Positions 57,343 through 64,000 of a DNA stretch of 64,000 nucleotides are shown piece by piece. The stretch spans positions 744,001-808,000 of the forward strand of contig OZ251252.1 in the NCBI GenBank assembly GCA_965240325.2. Reading direction: 5' to 3'. The position numbers were made by a program, and so were the translations under genes. Numbering within the stretch: the stretch's first letter is position 1; each line of letters starts with the position of its first letter. The notes under the pieces were generated by a model, which made no database searches, had not been told where the DNA came from, and saw only the letters and a list, made by a program, of their open reading frames with translations. This stretch comes from Rebecca billardiae RCC1528. Lineage: Eukaryota; Protista; Haptophyta.

Positions 57343-57495
57343 ACTGAGACGCTCGGTTCGGGCCCCGGTTCGACGACGACGCCGCGGGCCCGCGGCGCGG
57401 CGGCGCCGCGCCCGCGGGCGGCCGGCCGGCGGCGGCCGGGCGCGGGCCCGCCGGCCCGCGTTGGACTCGGATGCTGGCAGTTTGTCGTTTGAGTA

Positions 57496-58009
57496 CAGGC
57501 AATCGCGGGCAATAAGGAGCTGTCACGTTAAGAAACTGGGGCTTGCTATCTGCGGATCTGGCCTAGAAACTGAGGCTAGCGATTGGCTGGTTCGCTATAC
57601 GCATAGTCACACTAAGAAACCGGGACTACGTCGTCCCGGCTGACGAGTGGTCCGCCGAGGGGCGAGGGCGGCGAGGCGCAGTCGGCCCGTCGGGGACGCG
57701 GCGCGCGGCCCGACTACGAGTACAGGCCAAGTCCCGACTTCTCCTGATGACTGACTCCTGGCCAGTGCACCGCAGCATCCATCCAACATCATGCCAGATT
57801 TGCTCCAAAAAGGCCCAAAATTTTCGTCGGCCTCGCCGGCCGGGCCTAAAGACTCAGCGGGGGGCTCTGCCCCCCTGCGCCCCCCGCGCCTGCGCGGCGG
57901 GCGGACCTAGCTAAGAAACTGAGACTCCGTAGGCGCTCGGGCTACCGAACGGCTAAGAAACCGAGGCTAGCCGTGAGATCTCTGACTTCTTATTGACCGC
58001 GATTGCCTG
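57496..58009. mobile_element. MITE, 514 bp, TA TSD (Tc1/mariner-type)
   Basis: CAGGCAATCGCGGGCAATAAGGAG vs reverse complement of CTTCTTATTGACCGCGATTGCCTG (2 mismatches); TA flanks; subterminal TAAGAAACYG repeated at ~57529, 57613, 57912, 57954. Confidence 0.85.
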
Positions 58010-58519
58010 TAGTCAGTTTGGCTGGCAGCAGCACCGTCGTCGCGGGCGTCGCCATTCAGATTCATCGCGCTAACGAAGTGCGACGGCCTGTGCATCCGCA
58101 TCGGCACACTCACCGTCTCATCACCAAGGGCCGTGCTGGTCAGTCTCACGCCTCACTCACTTAAACTTGACTACGAGGACTTGCTGTCTTGCAGTTGTAA
58201 ACGTGAGACCGTGACGTGAGACCAAAGGACGAATGAAAGAGGTCTCTCTCAGCTCTCCCTTTCATTCCTTTGGTGAGACGGTGAGTCCGGCTCGGCGGCG
58301 AACCTCGGTGAACCAGGTCCTCTGCGGAACGGCAGCCGCGCGCCCAGCCGCCCACGTGCTCCAGTGCGCGCGCTCGCCCCGCTTCGCCCTTCGACGGCTT
58401 TCGACCGATGACCGAGTCACCGAGAAAACGATAGAGAGGGCGCGCGGGATCGAGACCGCGTGCGCGCTTCCGCCTCGCGAGCTCGAACGCGCGGTGCGCC
58501 GCTGCCATCGACGAGCACG

Positions 58520-61500
58520 ATGCGCTGCCTCTTCGTCGCGCTGTGCGTGCTACTCGCCGTGGCGGGCGCGTCCGGCTGGGCCGTGCCGCGCGGCTCCCGC
58601 GCGCCGTCCCGCCATCCCGTCGCCGGCCGCTCCACGTCCGCCCGGGCCTCAAGCTCCGACCGCAAACAAGAGGCGTGCTCGCCGGCGTCTGAGCAGGCGT
58701 TCCGCCTGCCGCCATCGCGGGCGGCGGCGGCGTCGCGCACGGCCGGCGTGACCATGCAGGCGCCCTCCGCGCGTATCTCCTCCGGCCCCGACCTCGAGAC
58801 CGCCCGCGAGCAGCTGTTTGCCCGGCTCCGTACGGAGCTGCTCGCGCCGCGCGACGCCTCCTCCGCGGCCGGCACGGACGCGATCATGCGCCGCGCCGAC
58901 GTGCTGACGCAGGCATCCTCCGCCTCTGAGACCTCCGCGGGGGCCGACCTGGCCACGGCGCGCGAGCAGCTCTTCGCGCAGCTCCGAGCCGACCTGCGCC
59001 GCGTTCAGACAACAGCGGAAGCGCCTGCGCCTGAGCGCACGCCGCCGCCGCCGGCCGCCTCGCAGCCGGCGCAGCCGGCGAGCGAGGTCGTGCTACCGGC
59101 GCCCACGGCGACGGCGGCAGTGTCGCCATCGCCGGGCTTCACCACGCCGCCGCCGCGCAAGACCCCGCTGCCGCCCGTGGCGGGCGCGGTATCGGTGGCT
59201 GCTTCAGCCCCGCCGTCACCGGTGGCCGCTGCCGAGCCTGCTGCTGCCGCCCCGCCTGCCGCGCCCTACACCGGCCTGGCGATGCCGCCGCCGCGCAAGA
59301 CCCCGCTGCCGCCCGTGGCGGGCGCGGCTCCCGTGGCTGCTTCAGCCCCGCCGCCGCCGGTGGCTGCTGCCGAGCCTGCTGCTGCCGCCCCGCCTGCCGC
59401 GCCCTACACCGGCCTGGCGATGCCGCCGCCGCGCAAGACCCCGCTGCCGCCCGTGGCGGGCGCGGCGCCCGTGGCTGCTTCAGCCCCGCCGTCGCCGGTG
59501 GCCGCTGCCGAGCCTGCTGCTGCCGCCCCGCCTGCCGCGCCCTACACCGGCCTGGCGATGCCGCCGCCGCGCAAGACCCCGCTGCCGCCCGTGGCGGGCG
59601 CGGCTCCCGTGGCTGCTTCAGCCCCGCCGTCGCCGGTGGCCGCTGCCGAGCCTGCTGCTGCCGCCCCGCCTGCCGCGCCCTACACCGGCCTGGCGATGCC
59701 GCCGCCGCGCAAGACCCCGCTGCCGCCCGTGGCGGGCGCGGCTCCCGTGGCTGCTTCAGCCCCGCCGTCGCCGGTGGCCGCTGCCGAGCCTGCTGCTGCC
59801 GCCCCGCCTGCCGCGCCCTACACCGGCCTGGCGATGCCGCCGCCGCGCAAGACGCCGCTGCCGCCCGTGGCGTCGGCCGCGCCCGCCTCGGCCGCGCCCG
59901 CTGCTGCGCCCGCGCCCGCTGCCGCGCCCGCGCCGAGCCAGCCGGCGGGCACGGCGGCGGCGGCTGCAGCGGCGGGCGCCTCGGCGCCGCCGCCCCTCTC
60001 GCTCGAGTCCTCTCCGCTGAGCTGGTCGGTGCTGCGCAAGCTGCTGCCGCGTGGGCACCAGCGCTCCGCCGGGCGCGGCGCGTTCGTGCAGCCGCTCGCC
60101 GTGCACGACCGCTCGCCGCTGCGCGTGCGCTCGCGCGCCTCGCGCTTCGGCCTCGCGCTCGCGCTACGGAAGCACGGCGCGAACGGCACTGCGGCCGCGC
60201 CGCCGCCGACCAGCTCGGGGCTGGTGCTCTGGCGCGACACGAACGGGTGGTGCCCGTACTGCGAGCGCGTGTGGATCGCGCTCGAGGCGATGGGCGTCGA
60301 GTACGCCGAGCGCACCGTCGACCTCGGCTCGAAGGACCCCGGCTTCCTCCAGCTCGCTCGCCGCTTCTCGCCGACCGGCCGCTCGTCCGTGCCGGTGCTC
60401 AGCTCGGCTGACGGGAAGTACGTGCTGTGGGAGTCGATGGATATTCTGTTCTGGCTGGCGGGCGTGCCGCCGCCGCCGCAGGCGCCGGCGCAGCAGCCCG
60501 CGGGCGGCGAGGCGGCGCGCTCGCCGCCGCCGCGCGTCGAGGTGCGCGCGGACGGCACGTTTGTGCAGGCGCTGACACGCGGGCGCGTGCGGCGCTGGCG
60601 CAACGTCGTGCCGCCTCTGCTGCACGCGGCGGCGGCCGGCGGCGGCGCGGAGGCGGCGGAGGGCGGCGAGGAGGCGCGCCGTGCGCCGTCGAGGCCGCTG
60701 GCGCCCTCCCCGGCGGCGCACCTCGCCGCCGTCGACGCGGCGCTCAGCGCCGTGAGCAAGGTCACCACGCCCCTCGCGTCCGGCGCGCCCGACGCCGAGG
60801 TCGCGGCGCGCGCCGACGCGGTGCGCGCCGCGTGCGCCGCCCTGGACGAGCTGGATGGGCAGCTGGCAGCGGCGTCGGGCGGGCTGCTCGGCGGCTCGGA
60901 GGTGTCGGTGGCCGACTGCGCCGTCGCGCCCTTCCTCGAGCGCTGGGCGGCCAACCCCGCGCTGCGCGCGGACCCGACGCTCGAGTCGCTCGCCTCGCTC
61001 ACCCAGCGCTCAGCGGGCTCGCGCTGGCCCGCCATTGCGCGCTGGTACGGCGCGATCGGCGCCGCCTGTCCGGCGTACAGCGCGCGCGTCGCCGGCGACG
61101 ACTTCTCGTATGCCAAGCTGAGCGGCTCGTTCGCGCGCATGTTCGCCACGATGCGCGCGCGCGCGGGCGCCGCGCCGCCGCCGGTGGGCCGGCTAGGCAA
61201 GGCCAAGCGCGCGGGCGGCGCCGCGCTCAAGCGGCTCGGCGGCGGGCGCGGCGGCGGCGGCGGCGGCGGCGCGCTCGGCGCGGTCACGCTCGAGCCCGCG
61301 GTGGAGGCGGCCGTGGCTGAGCGCGAGGCCGCCGCCGCCGACGCCGCGCGCTCGCTGCTGCCCTCCGTGCCCGAGGCGCGCGCGCTGCTCGGCGCGCGCG
61401 TGTTTGCGCCGGGCGGCGCCACCGGCGCCACCGGAGCCGCGACGGGCCTGCCGGGCGCGCGAGGCAACGGCGGCGGCGCCGACGGCGACGGCGGCGCGGC

Positions 61501-61933
61501 GACGCGCGCGCTGGACGCTCGCGTCGAGCTGCTGAGCACGCTGGTGGCCAACAAGGACAAGCTGCTGACGGACACGATCGTCGGCTGCCCCGAGCTGCGC
61601 GACTTCCCGCTCGCGCGCGCGGAGCTCGACGCGCTGCTGCTCGCGCTGTGCGCGGCGCTGCTCGAGCGCGGCGGCGCGAGTGCCGCCGACGCGCTCGGCG
61701 CGCCGCTCGAGGGCACCATGGCCGGTTACGTCGGTTACGCCGGGCAGGCGTCCTCGCTGTGCGAGGCGTCGCGCGCGCGCGTCGGCGCGGGCGCGCTGTT
61801 CATCGCGCAGCGGCTGTGCTGCCCGCGCGACATGGGCGCGCCGGCGGGCGCCCAGCTGCGCGCCGCGCTCATCCTCGCCGCGCACACGCTCGCGCCCGCG
61901 GCCGTGCCGGTGGTGGCGTCGACGCGCCAGTGA
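58520..61933 (+). CDS. Glutathione S-transferase (CPYC type, cyanobacterial/algal-like) with presequence and Pro/Ala repeat extension
   Basis: Signal peptide MRCLFVALCVLLAVAGASG; LWRDTNGWCPYCERVW, SVPVL, ESMDIL; SVADCAVAPFLER; C-terminal RLCCPRDM. Confidence 0.85.
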   Translation: MRCLFVALCVLLAVAGASGWAVPRGSRAPSRHPVAGRSTSARASSSDRKQEACSPASEQAFRLPPSRAAAASRTAGVTMQAPSARISSGPDLETAREQLFARLRTELLAPRDASSAAGTDAIMRRADVLTQASSASETSAGADLATAREQLFAQLRADLRRVQTTAEAPAPERTPPPPAASQPAQPASEVVLPAPTATAAVSPSPGFTTPPPRKTPLPPVAGAVSVAASAPPSPVAAAEPAAAAPPAAPYTGLAMPPPRKTPLPPVAGAAPVAASAPPPPVAAAEPAAAAPPAAPYTGLAMPPPRKTPLPPVAGAAPVAASAPPSPVAAAEPAAAAPPAAPYTGLAMPPPRKTPLPPVAGAAPVAASAPPSPVAAAEPAAAAPPAAPYTGLAMPPPRKTPLPPVAGAAPVAASAPPSPVAAAEPAAAAPPAAPYTGLAMPPPRKTPLPPVASAAPASAAPAAAPAPAAAPAPSQPAGTAAAAAAAGASAPPPLSLESSPLSWSVLRKLLPRGHQRSAGRGAFVQPLAVHDRSPLRVRSRASRFGLALALRKHGANGTAAAPPPTSSGLVLWRDTNGWCPYCERVWIALEAMGVEYAERTVDLGSKDPGFLQLARRFSPTGRSSVPVLSSADGKYVLWESMDILFWLAGVPPPPQAPAQQPAGGEAARSPPPRVEVRADGTFVQALTRGRVRRWRNVVPPLLHAAAAGGGAEAAEGGEEARRAPSRPLAPSPAAHLAAVDAALSAVSKVTTPLASGAPDAEVAARADAVRAACAALDELDGQLAAASGGLLGGSEVSVADCAVAPFLERWAANPALRADPTLESLASLTQRSAGSRWPAIARWYGAIGAACPAYSARVAGDDFSYAKLSGSFARMFATMRARAGAAPPPVGRLGKAKRAGGAALKRLGGGRGGGGGGGALGAVTLEPAVEAAVAEREAAAADAARSLLPSVPEARALLGARVFAPGGATGATGAATGLPGARGNGGGADGDGGAATRALDARVELLSTLVANKDKLLTDTIVGCPELRDFPLARAELDALLLALCAALLERGGASAADALGAPLEGTMAGYVGYAGQASSLCEASRARVGAGALFIAQRLCCPRDMGAPAGAQLRAALILAAHTLAPAAVPVVASTRQ
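59146..59872 (+). repeat. 138-bp (46-aa) coding tandem repeat, 5 full copies plus a partial
   Basis: PPPRKTPLPPVAGAAPVAASAPPSPVAAAEPAAAAPPAAPYTGLAM; copies nearly identical at DNA level. Confidence 0.95.
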
Positions 61934-62008
61934 GTCGAGGCTGCGGGCGCGCAGCGGCCGCCCACCGCCGGGCGGAGCTGCGCGTTCGTGCCGCGGGCAC
62001 AGGCTGCC

Positions 62009-62033
62009 GGGGGGGGGGGGGGGGGGGGGGGGG
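62009..62033 (+). repeat. G25 homopolymer downstream of the GST stop
   Basis: 25 consecutive G. Confidence 0.9.
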
Positions 62034-62462
62034 TTGCATGGTGCGATGGACGCCGCTTCGGCTTGGGTGGGCACGGCCCCTGCGGGAGGGGCCCGAGAAC
62101 GGGGGCAGACCGGCGCCTCCTCGCGAAATGCACGCGGGGTAGCGATTTTTTCATTACGTTTTGCATTCTTGGTATGAGCTCGCGCAAGTCTTCATAGTCA
62201 GCCGGTACTGAATGGTGGGCGGCGGTTGAGCTCCTCCTGCATTCTTCCTATGAGCTCGTTATGGCGAAGTCGTCAGCGGGTACGGAAGGTGGTTCATCGG
62301 TATTCCGTATTGGTGTAACGGTGAGAAGGCTGATGGACTGGACCAAGGTGCTCTGCAGCGAAGCGGATCTAAGATCGTTAGATCGAGTAGAGCAGATTCC
62401 TGCGCCTGCCGACCTGGCGGGCGGCAATCTGGGAAGGCGGGCTGGGAGCGAAGGCTGGGGCC

Positions 62463-63697
62463 ATGTCGGACGCAGCGGGTGCGCAGCCCGCCTTGCCGGC
62501 CCCGCGCGCGGGCGCGGCGTGCGTGCGCGCGGGCGGCGTGCGCGCGCACGCCGCGCCTGGGCTCAATGCACCCTCCATGCACGCCGCCGCGCGTTCGCGC
62601 CCGCGCAGACAACGAGCAGCCGTCGAAGAAGCGCGCGCGCTCCGGCGGCAAGCGCGCAGTCGCCAGCTCGACCGTCACTGGCCACTCGCAGAAGCCGCAC
62701 CATCGGCGCCCGCCGCAGTTCGTCGCCGAGTCGCAGGTGCCATGGTCGCGCGTGCCCGACGACATGTATGGCCCCACCTTCGACCGCGCCGACGCGCTCT
62801 CGTGGGAGTCGATGGGCCGGCGCAAGATGCTCTCGTCGCACGCGGCCAACGGCTCGCCGCTGCCCAAGCTCGGGTGCTCGCTGTGCGAGCTCGAGCCCGG
62901 GAACACGATGTGGCCGTTCCACTACCACCTCGGCTCGCACGAGGCCATCTACGTCCTCCAGGGCCACGGCACGATGCGCTGGGGCTACCCCGCGAACAAG
63001 GCGTGTGCCGCGCGGCCGCGGCGACGGCGCGCGGCCAAGCGCGGCCGCTGGGCGCGCGGCGGCGCAGGGCGAGAGGGGCGCGGCGCGGTGGCATGCGGGG
63101 CGCATGGCGGCGGTGCCGGACGGCGCGCGCTGACGCGTGCACGCCGCGCACCGCCGCCCGCCCCTTCCCGCCGCGCAGATGGTGCCCATCGCCGAGGGCG
63201 ACTTCATCGCCGTCAACCCTGGCCCCGAGTGCGCGCACCAGCTCACCAACACGGGGACGGTCACGCTGCGGTACCTGTGCATCGACTCGAAGGCGCACCC
63301 GGACGTGACGGTGCTGCCGGACTCGCAGAAGTACGGCGTGGTCGCCGCGGTGCCCTCCGCCGACGGCCGCGCGCAGCACCTGCACACCGCGTTCTTCAGC
63401 GTGAGCGACGCGCGGCCCTTCTTCGACGGCGAGGACGATTTTGGGCGCGCGCACTTTGGGCACGACGCCGGCCCGTCCGTGCCCTCGACGGAGAACGTGT
63501 ACGTGCTCGGCGGGATGAAGGAGGTGGCGGCGCAGGCGCAGGCCGCGCGGCGAAGCGCGCGCGCCGGCCACCCCGCCGGGCCGCACGCCCAGCCCTTCCG
63601 CGGCGAGGGCTACGACGGCGAGGAGGAGCGCGAGGTGATCGAGATCTACGGGCAGACGCCGCAGCCCGCGCACCGCACGTTTGCGCCGCACGCCTGA
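62463..63697 (+). CDS. Cupin-domain protein (COG3837-like); exons 62463-62478, 62609-63000, 63179-63697
   Basis: LEPG...PFHYH...EAIYVLQGHG motif 1 and GDFIAV....AHQLTN motif 2, DVTVLPDSQK; GT donor 62479, GC donor 63001. Confidence 0.85.
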
Positions 63698-64000
63698 GCG
63701 CGCCGCGGGGCGCGGGCCGGCGGCGGGCCGCCCGGTGCCGCGCGTGTACGCCGACCGCGTGCGCGAGGCGAGCGGCGCGATTGTCGCACACGCCGGGCAG
63801 CACCAGCGCCGCGGCCGCAGCACGGCAGTGCGAGCAGGGCGCTCATCGAGTCGTCCGCGGTCGTTGGTTTTTCATCAGCACTCAGCAGTGGCGCTACTGA
63901 TGACGATGCTGGTTATAGTCGTGACAGCATTATATCGTAGTCAGCCGTGATGCGCCGCCTGGCGTCATCTGAGTCGAGTCGCGCCGCCGCCCGGGTCGAG

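Noticed and set aside
45730-61933. Glutathione gene cluster (GSS + GST)
   Set aside because: About 10 kb apart with unrelated genes and transposons between; no sign of co-regulation
1-64000. tRNA, rRNA or snRNA genes
   Set aside because: No recognisable cloverleaf or conserved RNA motifs seen by eye; a covariance-model scan would be needed to exclude them

Overview
Very GC-rich eukaryotic nuclear DNA with short spliceosomal introns (GT-AG and GC-AG, donor G[T/C]GCG). The composition, intron style and bipartite plastid presequences point to a haptophyte-like alga (inference). About 16 protein genes are supportable: a WD40+EF-hand protein, an Aa_trans amino-acid transporter, a ~5,100-aa ankyrin + Sfi1-like Trp-repeat protein, ORC5, an F-box+RCC1 protein, DBR1, glutathione synthetase (6 exons), a sulfotransferase-GT61 fusion, a probable mitoribosomal mS26, a repeat-bearing GST, a cupin, and several hypotheticals. 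Three lower-GC intergenic blocks (~4.3-8.1 kb, ~32.8-41.5 kb, ~56.3-58.4 kb) hold at least five non-autonomous TIR transposons with different ends and target-site duplications. The most striking candidates are: (1) a frameshifted fragment at ~34.5-35.5 kb whose motifs align by eye, in order, with the N-terminal half of the RAG1 core, with a CAC-terminated end upstream and an element bounded by CACAGTG about 3 kb away; (2) the giant Sfi1-like protein; (3) the two-domain Golgi sulfotransferase/glycosyltransferase. All homology calls are by motif recognition; no searches were run. Most ORFs in the supplied track are GC-driven shadow frames.
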